From Shigella phage Sfk20: 64,000 nt of DNA. A program made the position numbers and the translations under genes. Each line of letters starts with the position of its first letter. Position 1 is the stretch's first letter. The notes below the pieces were generated by a model. That model searched no databases and was not told where the DNA came from. It saw only the letters and a program-made list of their open reading frames with translations. The DNA lies in the sequence record MW341595; one strand, 5' to 3'. This document shows positions 10,436 to 20,513 of the stretch, piece after piece.

Positions 10436-10744
10436 TTAGTCTTCTATGATATCTCTATCATATCCAAGTGAAATGAGAGTTTCTTTGAAGTGTTTAATGT
10501 TCTTTTGTCTAGAATCATTGATGAAAATGACTGGATAACGAATGTTAAGAGATGTGAATCCAGCGCGTTTAGCAAGAGATACAATCAGTGGACGATCATA
10601 CTCAATCTTACCATTATTTGTAAGAACTTTATAGAAAGTAAAAGGAGCATTGAGCTCCTTTAGAAGTTTTGTAACTGATTGACATCCAGGACAACGACCT
10701 ACTTCATCTGGAATTCCATAGACTTCAATCTTGTTCTGTTTCAC
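10436..10744 (-). CDS. nrdH: glutaredoxin-like protein (NrdH position)
   Basis: 102 aa with CPGC redox motif, upstream of nrdG/nrdD operon end. Confidence 0.7.
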   Translation of the reverse strand: MKQNKIEVYGIPDEVGRCPGCQSVTKLLKELNAPFTFYKVLTNNGKIEYDRPLIVSLAKRAGFTSLNIRYPVIFINDSRQKNIKHFKETLISLGYDRDIIED

Positions 10745-10746
10745 AA

Positions 10747-10959
10747 CTATTCCTTACTAAGAGCAGAATTCAGCTTATTAGTAATTTTATCCAGACGCTC
10801 ATTGAACTCGCTAGAAGACAGTCCTTTTTCTGGAGAAATCAAACTAATCACGAAAAATATAGCAATAAAAGGAATAAGGAAAATAGCTCCAACTGCCATA
10901 AACAGAAAGAATGTTACAGTTGTAAGAAAATCAGCTAAACCTTTGCGAAATTTATACAT
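10747..10959 (-). CDS. hypothetical small membrane protein
   Basis: 70 aa, long hydrophobic segment TVTFFLFMAVGAIFLIPFIAIFFVISLI. Confidence 0.5.
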   Translation of the reverse strand: MYKFRKGLADFLTTVTFFLFMAVGAIFLIPFIAIFFVISLISPEKGLSSSEFNERLDKITNKLNSALSKE

Positions 10960-11074
10960 ATTTTACCCTTAATTGATTAACCAAGCATTGATAAGCACTA
11001 AACTATATTGCGAATAAAATTCTGGACCAAAATGAAAAATCATATCATTTATAGTGTCCATAATATAATTCAAT

Positions 11075-11545
11075 TTAATCATGTTTCCACACCCCATCGG
11101 TATTTGACCAAAGTCGCTGATTATCTGATCCTCGCCACAGCTTTTTAGTCGGAAGATTTTTCTCATACTTCCCATCAATAATAACATCAACATATTTAAG
11201 CATTTCTAGTTGTTTAATATCTTCAAATTTATATCCTGTCCACAACCAAATGCTTTTATTGGGATAAAGATTTTTTACTGTTTGAACCACAGAGTGAACA
11301 ACATCTCGGTTATCAGGATAGAGAGGGTCTCCTCCAGTTATAGTTAATCCTTCTATATAATCGTTATTCAAACATTCAATTAATTGTTCCAGTGTTTCAC
11401 CAGTGAATGGAACGCCATTTCTAGCATTCCATGTTGATTTATTATAACACCCTTCGCATTTATGCAAACAGCCTGTGACGAAAAGAACGACCCTGCATCC
11501 AGGGCCATTCACAAAATCGCATGGATAAAATCTATCATAATTCAT
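11075..11545 (-). CDS. nrdG: anaerobic ribonucleotide reductase activating protein NrdG (radical SAM)
   Basis: 156 aa; CLHKCEGC (Cx3Cx2C) radical-SAM cluster motif. Confidence 0.9.
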   Translation of the reverse strand: MNYDRFYPCDFVNGPGCRVVLFVTGCLHKCEGCYNKSTWNARNGVPFTGETLEQLIECLNNDYIEGLTITGGDPLYPDNRDVVHSVVQTVKNLYPNKSIWLWTGYKFEDIKQLEMLKYVDVIIDGKYEKNLPTKKLWRGSDNQRLWSNTDGVWKHD

Positions 11546-13359
11546 TGGTGTTTAACCCTATGCATGATTTCTTTATTTTTGCCGAGATTAAATCCGCGTT
11601 CGTTCGGATTTCCTAAATAACCGCAAGTTCTTCTTATTGTGTTCATCTTTTTAGGATCAGTTTCTCCACAAATAGAACAAACAAACCCGTTTTCAGTAGG
11701 AGTCATTTCATGTGTACTTCCGCATGTAAAACACTTATCTACTGGCATATTAACGCCAAAATAATCTAAATGCTGTGCAGCATAATCCCATACAGCCTCA
11801 AGACCTTTTAGGTTATTTTTCATATCAGGAAGTTCAACATAAGAAATGTGACCACCTGTCGCAATGAAATGATATGGAGCTTCGCGGGAAATCTTTTCAA
11901 ATGGAGTAATATTTTCTTCTACTGAAACATGGAAACTATTAGTGTACCAGCCTTTATCAGTAACATCCTTTACACTTCCATATTTTTCAGTATCAAGTTT
12001 ACAGAAGCGATAGCACAGGTTTTCAGCAGGTGTAGAATACAAACTAAAAGCAAAACCGGTTCTTTCAGTCCACTGCTTAAGACGAGCATTCATTTTAGTT
12101 AAAATTTCCTGTCCAATATCACGACCGACAAGAATATTCAATTCGTGAATACCAATGTATCCCAAAGACACTGAACTTCTACCGTTTTTAAATAACTCAA
12201 TTATGTCGTCATCAGGTTTAAGACGAACCCCGAATGCACCTTCTTGGTAAAGAATAGGAGCAACAGTCGCTTTAACTCCTTTTAAAGAATTAATTCTACA
12301 CATCAAAGCTTCAAAGCATAAATCCATTCGCTCATTGAACAATTCGGCAAATTTTTGTTCATTGAACTGTGTTCCAATATAAGAATCTAACGCAATGCGA
12401 GGAAGATTCAGTGTTACAACACCAAGATTATTACGTCCATCAAGAATTTCATTACCAGTCGAATCTTTCCATACGCTTAAGAAACTACGGCAACCCATTG
12501 GAGAAACAGGAATAGATGAACCAGTGATAGCTTTATTGTTCTTAGCTGAAATAATATCAGGATACATTCTTTTGCTTGCACACTCTAGAGCAAGCTGCTT
12601 AATATCATAGTTCGGATCATCTTTATAAAGATTAACACCTTCTTCAACGAACATAACAAGCTTAGGGAAAATAGGAGTTATCCCATCGCGACCAAGACCT
12701 TTAATACGATTTTTCAGAATTGCTTTCTGAATCATTCGTTCAGTCCAGTCAGTTCCCGTACCAAATGTAATTGTTACAAAAGGCGTTTGTCCGTTTGAAC
12801 TAAAAAGAGTATTTACTTCATATTCATAAGCTTGGAATGCATCGTATACGTCTTTTTCTGTTTTAGATTGAGCATAATTCAACGCATCAGCGATTTGCCA
12901 TTTTTCTGCGTCCTCAATATGTTTTGCATAGGTGCGTTTAACATAAGGAGAAAGTACTTTATCTACATTCGCAAAAGTCGTTCCACCATATTGGTGAGAA
13001 GCAACCTGTGCAGTAATTTGTGCCATAATTGCAGTAGCAACGCCGATTGATTTAGGAGTTTCAATCTGTGCATTACCGAGCTTAAATCCGTTTTCAAGCA
13101 TTCCTTTTAAATCTACTAAACAGCAATTAGTAAATGGAAGAGCAGGGGAATAATCAATATCATGGAAATGGATAATTCCGCTTTCATGCGCTTTCATAAT
13201 AAAAGACGGGACCATATTTTTGGCAATGTGTTTAGACACAATACCAGCCATAAGGTCCCGTTGAGTTGGAAAAACACGAGAATCTTTATTAGCATTCTCG
13301 TTCAAAAGGTCTTTATTAGTTTTATGAATCAATCCTTCAATTTCTTTTTCAATTGTCAT
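11542..13359 (-). CDS. nrdD: anaerobic ribonucleoside-triphosphate reductase NrdD (class III, glycyl radical)
   Basis: 605 aa uninterrupted ORF; C-terminal CxxC...CxxC zinc site and glycyl-radical motif RRTCGYLG. Confidence 0.93.
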   Translation of the reverse strand: MTIEKEIEGLIHKTNKDLLNENANKDSRVFPTQRDLMAGIVSKHIAKNMVPSFIMKAHESGIIHFHDIDYSPALPFTNCCLVDLKGMLENGFKLGNAQIETPKSIGVATAIMAQITAQVASHQYGGTTFANVDKVLSPYVKRTYAKHIEDAEKWQIADALNYAQSKTEKDVYDAFQAYEYEVNTLFSSNGQTPFVTITFGTGTDWTERMIQKAILKNRIKGLGRDGITPIFPKLVMFVEEGVNLYKDDPNYDIKQLALECASKRMYPDIISAKNNKAITGSSIPVSPMGCRSFLSVWKDSTGNEILDGRNNLGVVTLNLPRIALDSYIGTQFNEQKFAELFNERMDLCFEALMCRINSLKGVKATVAPILYQEGAFGVRLKPDDDIIELFKNGRSSVSLGYIGIHELNILVGRDIGQEILTKMNARLKQWTERTGFAFSLYSTPAENLCYRFCKLDTEKYGSVKDVTDKGWYTNSFHVSVEENITPFEKISREAPYHFIATGGHISYVELPDMKNNLKGLEAVWDYAAQHLDYFGVNMPVDKCFTCGSTHEMTPTENGFVCSICGETDPKKMNTIRRTCGYLGNPNERGFNLGKNKEIMHRVKHQ

Positions 13360-13829
13360 TTTAAACTCTTTCTAAGCTGCTTCTTAAATGAAGCTATTAA
13401 TTGTGTTTTAGTGTCAGATTCATTATATTCAAATCCTCTTTGAAGCATCTCAGCCATCATTTCCTCTTTTCCTAAACGAGAAAATTCCTTTGATTTATCT
13501 CCAACGAAGTTAGGGTGAATATTATTTTGGGTGTAATCGGATTTTAAATAAGTAAGTAAATTTTCTAACCATTCAAGATAATCAACGCCTTGTCCCTTTA
13601 AGCCAGAACGATTAAATTTGTGCTTCATTTGACCTTCCGCTGCATTGCAAAGATTACAGAGCAATCCACGCACCTTTCCTGCTTTTGGTCCATTTAATTC
13701 ATGGTCATGGTCAAGGTGATTAGCTTGAACATCAGGATTTAGTTCTCGTTGGCAAATTAAGCATTTACCATTTTGTGCATTATAAAATTTTTGTTTTTCT
13801 TCTTTGTATAATTTGCCAGTCAATAACAT
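13356..13829 (-). CDS. 49: endonuclease VII (Holliday junction resolvase) gp49
   Basis: 157 aa; matches recalled T4 endo VII including zinc-binding CLICQ...CNLCN and HLDHDH motif. Confidence 0.93.
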   Translation of the reverse strand: MLLTGKLYKEEKQKFYNAQNGKCLICQRELNPDVQANHLDHDHELNGPKAGKVRGLLCNLCNAAEGQMKHKFNRSGLKGQGVDYLEWLENLLTYLKSDYTQNNIHPNFVGDKSKEFSRLGKEEMMAEMLQRGFEYNESDTKTQLIASFKKQLRKSLK

Positions 13830-13870
13830 AATAAAACCCTTACCTTGAATAGATAAGGGTATTTATTATT
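13830..13870 (-). promoter_or_regulatory. hairpin covering the gene 49 translation initiation region
   Basis: ACCCUUA...UAAGGGU inverted repeat (13837-13862) immediately upstream of the gene 49 ATG; AATAAATA late-promoter-like octamer overlaps it. Confidence 0.4.
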
Positions 13871-13871
13871 T

Positions 13872-14048
13872 TCAAGTATTGTAAAACATTCGATGCAATC
13901 GCTTATATTGCCGAATCATCTTTTTAGTAGGACGAGAATAAGTTCCTACACAAGTGGTCATATTAGAGTCGGTATGACTTCCTTTAATAAAAAGTTTCCA
14001 AACCTTACCACCATTTAACTTTTCAGTATAAATTAATTCGGTTTTCAT
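13872..14048 (-). CDS. hypothetical small protein (58 aa, below ORF-track cutoff)
   Basis: ATG overlaps upstream stop (TAATG); translated by eye as MKTELIYTEKLNGGKVWKLFIKGSHTDSNMTTCVGTYSRPTKKMIRQYKRLHRMFYNT. Confidence 0.3.
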   Translation of the reverse strand: MKTELIYTEKLNGGKVWKLFIKGSHTDSNMTTCVGTYSRPTKKMIRQYKRLHRMFYNT

Positions 14049-14512
14049 TAAAACGCTCGGTCAGAAAAAGAATTTTGAGTTTCAAGCCATTCAATATATT
14101 CTGCCGCAGCTTGCATCAAATTTCCTTCATAACCATCGTTATTTTCTTGTGCAGCTAATTTAGCTAATGCGTATGAAATACGTTCACCTTGAAAAGCGGC
14201 TTCAGGTTTATGAATAACTTGATCAACTCGTTCTACGACCTCTTCAATTTCGCCATTTTCTACTGATTCAGTATTCCATAAGCACCAATAGGCAGTTGGC
14301 TTATCGTAGATGTTAATAATCTTTCCACCAGAAAGTTCAATTTCAATAATTCCAGTATCAGGTTCTATATCATCTTCACATTCTTTTACAAGTTCACGAA
14401 CTTTAAAGACAGTACCTGCACCAAGTTCCGGCCAGTAATTACACAGCTCTTTATCAGCACGATTAATTTTAAACCACTTATCTACTGCAATCATATCCCA
14501 TCTCCATATCAA
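14048..14512 (-). CDS. hypothetical protein (in the position of T4 pin, protease inhibitor)
   Basis: 154 aa acidic ORF between nrdC side and gene 49; identity by position only. Confidence 0.45.
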   Translation of the reverse strand: MIWRWDMIAVDKWFKINRADKELCNYWPELGAGTVFKVRELVKECEDDIEPDTGIIEIELSGGKIINIYDKPTAYWCLWNTESVENGEIEEVVERVDQVIHKPEAAFQGERISYALAKLAAQENNDGYEGNLMQAAAEYIEWLETQNSFSDRAF

Positions 14513-14617
14513 TTAAGTCGTTTATCGTTGGTTCATTATATACTGTTTCTTCATCAGTGTAAACCGGTTCTTCCGGCTCTGGCTCTACAGTTTCCCATCT
14601 AGCCGCCCACCAAGGTT

Positions 14618-14938
14618 TTATAGCGTAATCCATTCTCGTACTGTCTGAGTTACTACACGTTCACGGGGCTCGACTAGTTCAACAGTCGGAACTGCATAAT
14701 ACCAGTCAGAATGGTAAGAACCTGAGCGAGTTTCATTTACTGAAACATGTACATTGTGTTTTGGACTAAAATAAACACACTGGCGATATTGGCATTTACC
14801 ATCTTGTACCCAATCTTCTATTTCGATAGGTTTAAGATAATCCGAAAAATCGAAATCATAATTTTCTGAAAATGCATCATGGTCTTCGATGATTTCACTC
14901 AGAACTGCATCAACATCTAATTTATTTTCAATATTCAT
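14618..14938 (-). CDS. hypothetical protein
   Basis: 106 aa ORF. Confidence 0.5.
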   Translation of the reverse strand: MNIENKLDVDAVLSEIIEDHDAFSENYDFDFSDYLKPIEIEDWVQDGKCQYRQCVYFSPKHNVHVSVNETRSGSYHSDWYYAVPTVELVEPRERVVTQTVREWITL

Positions 14939-14948
14939 TTTTCACCAA

Positions 14949-15158
14949 TTAATTTCGCAATTTATTAAGTTCTTCATAATCAATCCAGGATTCTAGTCCT
15001 GATGGCAAATCAGATTCAATTTCCCAAAGAAGTTCTTCAATTTTCTGAAGACGATCCAGTTCTTCAGCTGGAATAGTAACCATTGATGGAGCTCTTGATA
15101 CACTAATATCGTAAATCATATTTACCCCAGTTTGACCATACAATCGCCATATTTCCAT
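14949..15158 (-). CDS. hypothetical protein
   Basis: 69 aa ORF. Confidence 0.45.
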   Translation of the reverse strand: MEIWRLYGQTGVNMIYDISVSRAPSMVTIPAEELDRLQKIEELLWEIESDLPSGLESWIDYEELNKLRN

Positions 15159-15337
15159 TTAGAAATAGACTTTTCACCATTAGAATAATAAACTTCGAGT
15201 TTAGCGCGGCCATTTTTAATTTGAATAACCTTTGCTGTCATCAAAGTTCCATATCCATAATAAACTGCAACCTCATCACCTACATATACCGCGCTTCCGC
15301 GGTAGTCATGGATATAATCAGTTCTTTCGAGCATCAT
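15122..15337 (-). CDS. hypothetical protein
   Basis: 71 aa ORF. Confidence 0.45.
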   Translation of the reverse strand: MMLERTDYIHDYRGSAVYVGDEVAVYYGYGTLMTAKVIQIKNGRAKLEVYYSNGEKSISKWKYGDCMVKLG

Positions 15338-15597
15338 TTAAAGTATTCCCGCAATTGATCAAATCCACCAATATGACTTCCATCAGGAGCAAATACTTGT
15401 GGCATTGTCAAACCAATTTGAGTATCACGACCTAGTTTCGTCAGAAGCTCAGCGATTTTCTCATCATCAAAAACACCTTTTTCCGGCATAATATTGATAA
15501 ATTCAAACGGTTGTTTCTTAACAGTCAAAAGACGTTTTGCATTATCGCAATACACACATTTGTGGATGTTGCTATCATAACCATATACTTTAAACAT
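15334..15597 (-). CDS. nrdC: thioredoxin/glutaredoxin NrdC
   Basis: 87 aa; CVYC active site; matches recalled T4 thioredoxin. Confidence 0.85.
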   Translation of the reverse strand: MFKVYGYDSNIHKCVYCDNAKRLLTVKKQPFEFINIMPEKGVFDDEKIAELLTKLGRDTQIGLTMPQVFAPDGSHIGGFDQLREYFK

Positions 15598-15598
15598 A

Positions 15599-15856
15599 TT
15601 ATTCCTTAATTCCTAGTACTTGTTTAAAAGTCTCGTCGTAATCAAGACTTTGGCCCGTTTGTTCTTTATGTTTGTATATAATATCACTTACTTCTGATAG
15701 CATATTTTTATATGAACGAGTTAAAGCAGATTTAAGCACGCTGTATCTATCAGGAAATTTACCGTGTTCATTATAATACGCTATTGCTAATTCACGGACT
15801 GCCTTTTCAGCAATCTCCATATATTCTTTACGCTTGGTCATTTTCTTCTCGGTCAA
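15599..15856 (-). CDS. hypothetical protein
   Basis: 85 aa ORF. Confidence 0.5.
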   Translation of the reverse strand: MTEKKMTKRKEYMEIAEKAVRELAIAYYNEHGKFPDRYSVLKSALTRSYKNMLSEVSDIIYKHKEQTGQSLDYDETFKQVLGIKE

Positions 15857-16145
15857 ATCGGTGTTTGCAATGACGGCATTTATAACGAAGATTACTAGTC
15901 TGCCAATGGACTAATTGAACCTGTTCAGTACCGCATTCAGGACAATTAGGAACGTTTTTAGAAGCCCTTTCGCGACGTTCAACCATAGTCATAATAGCAT
16001 CCCAGGCTGGAGGTTTAAAATCTAAATCATCACAACCATGAATCTTTCCACGCATTTCCAGATCGTCTTCTTCACCATCCATAATAATTTTAATTAGACT
16101 GGAATTACTTGAAGCTGCAATGTCTTCTAATAGACGCTTTTTCAT
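15828..16145 (-). CDS. hypothetical zinc-ribbon protein
   Basis: 105 aa; CPECG...CRHCKH four-Cys motif. Confidence 0.5.
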   Translation of the reverse strand: MKKRLLEDIAASSNSSLIKIIMDGEEDDLEMRGKIHGCDDLDFKPPAWDAIMTMVERRERASKNVPNCPECGTEQVQLVHWQTSNLRYKCRHCKHRFDREENDQA

Positions 16146-17071
16146 TTCAATACCTCAATGGCATTACGTAAACCATTTGCTTTTGCATTAAGAGCTTTTA
16201 ACAATTTGGTGTGTTCTGCAATTTGGGCTTCAACTTCAATCAAACGAGCATTGAGATATTCGCGTTCTTCGCTCAGGTTATCAACCTTTTCTACTTTAGG
16301 TTCTTTTACAACTGGCTTATACGTATTAGGGTTCTTCAGTTTAATTAGAATGCGTGAGCTGTATAACATTGAACCATTATCTTCGGTTTCATCATACATT
16401 TCCACTACGTCCATGATTTTTAACATCATGCGGAGTTTATAAGACAACGAACGAATAGTTTTGTTGTGCTTATTAATTTCTCTAGAGTTCATGGTGCCGA
16501 GATTACGTGAGTAATAATAAGGAACCTGGATATTAATTAACACTGATGAACCACCTGACTTGTGTGTTACTTCATCAGCAATAACCCAATCCTTAACATG
16601 AACTGTATTTGTACGGTCATCGCCTGCGGTAAATAGTTTGCGAGCATGCTTAAAAAGCATATTCACTTGGGTATTGAATTGACAAGCAAATTTATCAGCA
16701 AATTTAGTTTCAGGAATGGTAGATAACCAATCAGCTAAATGGGTCTTTTTAACATCGTTAACAATAGTAAATTCAACCAAATCGGTTATAGATGTCGCAG
16801 ATTTAATGAAGCTCGGCTTCATAAAGTTTTTAATGTTATCGCGAGCTACAGTAGAAGATAACATACGAGAACGTTTAAACCATTCAAGCAAATTGCCTAA
16901 CGAATGAGAATAAGCGTTTTGAGTATCTTTACAGATATGATTTTCCTGGCCAACATATTGAAGGAAATCACGAAGAATATTATTGATTACTGCTCTGTGT
17001 CCGATCTGATAATTACGGTGTTTAGTAATAAGACTGTCAAAATAATCAATATAATGTTTACGAGTTTTCAT
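16142..17071 (-). CDS. hypothetical protein with C-terminal coiled coil
   Basis: 309 aa; last ~45 residues heptad-like ([42 protein letters not shown]). Confidence 0.55.
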   Translation of the reverse strand: MKTRKHYIDYFDSLITKHRNYQIGHRAVINNILRDFLQYVGQENHICKDTQNAYSHSLGNLLEWFKRSRMLSSTVARDNIKNFMKPSFIKSATSITDLVEFTIVNDVKKTHLADWLSTIPETKFADKFACQFNTQVNMLFKHARKLFTAGDDRTNTVHVKDWVIADEVTHKSGGSSVLINIQVPYYYSRNLGTMNSREINKHNKTIRSLSYKLRMMLKIMDVVEMYDETEDNGSMLYSSRILIKLKNPNTYKPVVKEPKVEKVDNLSEEREYLNARLIEVEAQIAEHTKLLKALNAKANGLRNAIEVLK

Positions 17072-17123
17072 GTTCTTCTCACTTGGTTAATGATTTATAC
17101 TCCGAGCCATCCTTGGCTTTAAA

Positions 17124-18125
17124 TTACTTAATTAATTGTAAAGCTTGTTCAAGACGATCCAGGCGATTAACAGATTCTTCCCAAATCCTTTTAGCCTGCT
17201 CATATTCTTTCTGCGCTTTATTAGAAATTTCTAGAACTTCCTTATAAGCTTTTTCTAATGCAATAACTTCTGGACGAATTTCTACCGGTTCAGGTGAATC
17301 ATCAAGATTATCCATTAGTTCCTCAAGGGTAGTTTCTTCTTTAGGAGTATTCACAATTTCTTCACATTTTTGTTGGTAAATTTCTTTATCAGTCGGTGAG
17401 TACGCACATTTCACTTCACGAAGGCTAATTATAATTTTATATCCTTCCCAACCACACATATTTTTGAAAGGATATGTATGAATACTTTTTACAGTTTCCA
17501 TACAGCCCAAAGCCGCCTCTAATTGATAAGTTATAGTGCTAGCAATTGAGAAAAATTTATTAATATTCTTTTGGTTAGCGTTTGGTGTAAAAAATCCATA
17601 ATTCACAAAAATAGCTACTTTATTTTTATCAAGCTCATTTTCTTTTACGATAATCATATCAGAAGCCAAAGGATGAATTTGACGATAATCGCCATAACAT
17701 AATTTAGAAGCTGATTTTAGAATTTGTCCTTTGAAAAGTCTGAAATTACTAATCCACCGACGAGTAAAAATATTCTCAGGGTCTTCTTTATTATTAAGAT
17801 GATAAGAATTAACATCACCGAACCAATTATATCCTACTACATCTTTAGTTCGTTTAATTTCTTTCCCAAATTTACTAAGAATATCTCTGTTGACTAAGTA
17901 TGAAAGAAGACGAGAACCTTTAAAGGTTTCCTTAATGTCATCTTTATATGTACGACTAGAAATTTCACAAACTTCATAAATAAATTTGTCGGAAGAAACA
18001 ATACTTGCACTAGTATTATTGATCCATTGATTGATAATAGAAATCACACTATTCTGACTAGACATAGGTTTAACTTTATCATCAATAACGCTATTGAACG
18101 ATTTGATATATTCGTTACGAGTCAT
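17124..18125 (-). CDS. hypothetical protein with C-terminal coiled coil
   Basis: ATG at 18123-18125 behind GAGGAG RBS (MTRNEY...); track ORF extends into the promoter; C-terminal heptad segment. Confidence 0.55.
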   Translation of the reverse strand: MTRNEYIKSFNSVIDDKVKPMSSQNSVISIINQWINNTSASIVSSDKFIYEVCEISSRTYKDDIKETFKGSRLLSYLVNRDILSKFGKEIKRTKDVVGYNWFGDVNSYHLNNKEDPENIFTRRWISNFRLFKGQILKSASKLCYGDYRQIHPLASDMIIVKENELDKNKVAIFVNYGFFTPNANQKNINKFFSIASTITYQLEAALGCMETVKSIHTYPFKNMCGWEGYKIIISLREVKCAYSPTDKEIYQQKCEEIVNTPKEETTLEELMDNLDDSPEPVEIRPEVIALEKAYKEVLEISNKAQKEYEQAKRIWEESVNRLDRLEQALQLIK

Positions 18126-18151
18126 ATTAATCTCCTCAGTAGAAAGTAAGA

Positions 18152-18185
18152 ACATTATACCACATCCTTGTGGCAAAGTAAACTA
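18152..18185 (-). promoter_or_regulatory. T4-type early (sigma70) promoter
   Basis: GTTTAC - 18 nt - TATAAT then GAGGAG RBS and ATG at 18125. Confidence 0.65.
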
Positions 18186-19205
18186 GTTCAGTGCATTTAG
18201 TGCATTGTTCAGTTTAGAACGTTGCTTTGTCAGATTTTGAACCCTTGACTGAGCTTGTTCTAACACCTTTTCAGCTTCTAGCACTTCATTGGTCGCTTTA
18301 ACGAGTTCATCATCTACTGCCTTAAGAGACTTCTCAATCGCGTCAGCGTGCCATTTTTCTACAGGTTTAAAATTTGAATTTTCAGTAGGAAGAAAACTCA
18401 CTTTATTAAGTTTACATGCATCTATATTGCTTGAGCTATACATCCAAAATTTAGGATCGTTTGATGAGTAATTGGATAAATTTAAGTTATCTTGCACTTC
18501 CTGCTTTTTCTCTTGCGGGACTTCGTCCTTTCTCAAAAAATCGTATTTAAATGAAACGATCATATCAAGTTCATATGTTGTTGTGTCTAATTTAAATCGC
18601 TCAAAACGAGGTAAAATCTTAGACTGAACAGCGGCAACAACATTCATATACTTAAATGCTTCTGTCAACTGCGATTTAAGGCATTCGCAAATTGAAAGAG
18701 AATTTTTTGTATTAGGTTTAAAGCTAATTCGCGCAGTTCTGTTATTTTCTTTTAATGGTCTTACTTCCATCTGAAGAGTATAACCATCAAATTTCAGGTT
18801 CTTTAAGTTAATGTCAGAACCTTTTAATCGACTAGCAGTCGACAAAATTTGCTTTAATTGTCTACGGAACAGAGCAATAAATCTCCATTCAATACGATAA
18901 TGATTTGGATTAAAAAATCCAGATGATAAATCGACCTTACTTTGACCAACACCTTGAACAAATAGAGGATTTTTATAATCAATAGTTTTACAGAAATTGG
19001 TGAGTTGCTCACGAGCCGTCATTTGTGTAATATACCCCGCTTTACTAAAATTACTCACCCATTCACTGCTATTTAGATATTTAAAGTGATGAATAGCACG
19101 ATTAACTTTATCAGGGTCTAAATTATTTTCGCACAAAAATGTCATAACATTACGAGTATCGCTGGCAGTACGAACCATATCTTCAATTTGAGAACGAGTT
19201 TTCAT
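18183..19205 (-). CDS. hypothetical protein with C-terminal coiled coil
   Basis: 340 aa; C-terminal heptad segment (VLEAEKVLEQAQSRVQNLTKQRSKLNNALNALN). Confidence 0.55.
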   Translation of the reverse strand: MKTRSQIEDMVRTASDTRNVMTFLCENNLDPDKVNRAIHHFKYLNSSEWVSNFSKAGYITQMTAREQLTNFCKTIDYKNPLFVQGVGQSKVDLSSGFFNPNHYRIEWRFIALFRRQLKQILSTASRLKGSDINLKNLKFDGYTLQMEVRPLKENNRTARISFKPNTKNSLSICECLKSQLTEAFKYMNVVAAVQSKILPRFERFKLDTTTYELDMIVSFKYDFLRKDEVPQEKKQEVQDNLNLSNYSSNDPKFWMYSSSNIDACKLNKVSFLPTENSNFKPVEKWHADAIEKSLKAVDDELVKATNEVLEAEKVLEQAQSRVQNLTKQRSKLNNALNALN

Positions 19206-19213
19206 GGTATTCC

Positions 19214-20119
19214 TTAAGATTTAAGTAAATCGACAATTTTAATTAACTTTTCACGCTCAGATTTAGCTTTACTACTCAGTCCAGATAGTCTGAAAATTTC
19301 ATCATCATATTGTTGAATAGAAATATTCAGCTCTTCAATCTGTTTATTAAAATAATCAATTTGTTCAGAATGTTTTTCGTTACTACGAACTGGTACAGGT
19401 GTCGTAGGCAATGTAGTTGAACTGGATTCATCCGGGCGATAAATTAAAATACAACTTGAACCAATAGGGCATTTTGCACCAGATGAATATTCTAATGTTC
19501 CAGCTTCTTTTAAAACTTCAAAAGCTAAACAGAGATGATGACCCATATTGACATAATCTGTAGAGTGAGCTCTGATATAATAATCATCGCCACGAGTAAT
19601 AAATTTAAAGCATTTAAGGTCTTCTGTATTATTAGTCTTAAAAATCATTTGTTTATCTAGACCTTTAGCTAATCGAGCGCCTAATGCTAATAATCGTCTT
19701 TGATTTTCCCACAAATCCACAATCATTTGATCGAATGATAATTTTGGCATTAGTCGACCATAAAGGTCATATCCTTTATTATAATTACGAAGGATTTCAC
19801 TCGCGTTAATACGAGACAATGCTCCAATTTTATTAAGGGCTTTCATAATGCGATTAGATAAACTCATTCCAGACCCATTTGTTCGCTGCAAATGTTTTTC
19901 TAATCCAAATCCAATATCAACTTTAAACTTATCTAAAATTTCTGCATGAACATCTCTGTCAATAACATTCAAATCCAAAGTTGGGTTAAATCTATGAAAA
20001 AATTTATCCGGCTCTCCACGGCGAAATACAGTCCATTCATTCATCATTTTTTTATTAACTAAAGATTTAATTACTACATTGACATTATTAATTACTACTG
20101 ACATATTTTCCTCACTCAA
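19214..20119 (-). CDS. hypothetical protein with C-terminal coiled coil
   Basis: 301 aa; C-terminal heptad segment (IEELNISIQQYDDEIFRLSGLSSKAKSEREKLIKIVDLLKS). Confidence 0.55.
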   Translation of the reverse strand: MSEENMSVVINNVNVVIKSLVNKKMMNEWTVFRRGEPDKFFHRFNPTLDLNVIDRDVHAEILDKFKVDIGFGLEKHLQRTNGSGMSLSNRIMKALNKIGALSRINASEILRNYNKGYDLYGRLMPKLSFDQMIVDLWENQRRLLALGARLAKGLDKQMIFKTNNTEDLKCFKFITRGDDYYIRAHSTDYVNMGHHLCLAFEVLKEAGTLEYSSGAKCPIGSSCILIYRPDESSSTTLPTTPVPVRSNEKHSEQIDYFNKQIEELNISIQQYDDEIFRLSGLSSKAKSEREKLIKIVDLLKS

Positions 20120-20513
20120 TTTTACTAATTACGCGAAATAAGATTGAACAGACTATATAAGTACCGCATATAGACTGAACTAATGCCATTCCAAAGAACC
20201 AAATAATATTATCAAACCATGTCTGTTTTACGTCGAAAGGACGTAAACTTACAGTAATATTATCACCTTTTTCTATTGAAGAATACATCTCTGGGGAAAT
20301 ATATTCACTAAATCTATAACCGTCTTTGAGTTCATATACGGCAATAAACGATAAACTAGACCCTTTTCCTTGTGTTCCTGTAATGGTATTAACTACAGTA
20401 GCATCATAATCTTTATAATGCATATAATCATTAATTGCGTAATAACCATATGCAATTACTACACATAAACAACATATCAATAAATTCAATCTTTTAATTA
20501 TCAACTGTTTCAT
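20112..20513 (-). CDS. hypothetical membrane protein
   Basis: 133 aa; N- and C-terminal hydrophobic helices. Confidence 0.5.
   Translation of the reverse strand: MKQLIIKRLNLLICCLCVVIAYGYYAINDYMHYKDYDATVVNTITGTQGKGSSLSFIAVYELKDGYRFSEYISPEMYSSIEKGDNITVSLRPFDVKQTWFDNIIWFFGMALVQSICGTYIVCSILFRVISKIE

Noticed and set aside
10969-11193. 74-aa minus-strand ORF overlapping the 3-prime part of nrdG
   Set aside because: Out-of-frame overlap with the well-supported radical-SAM gene nrdG.
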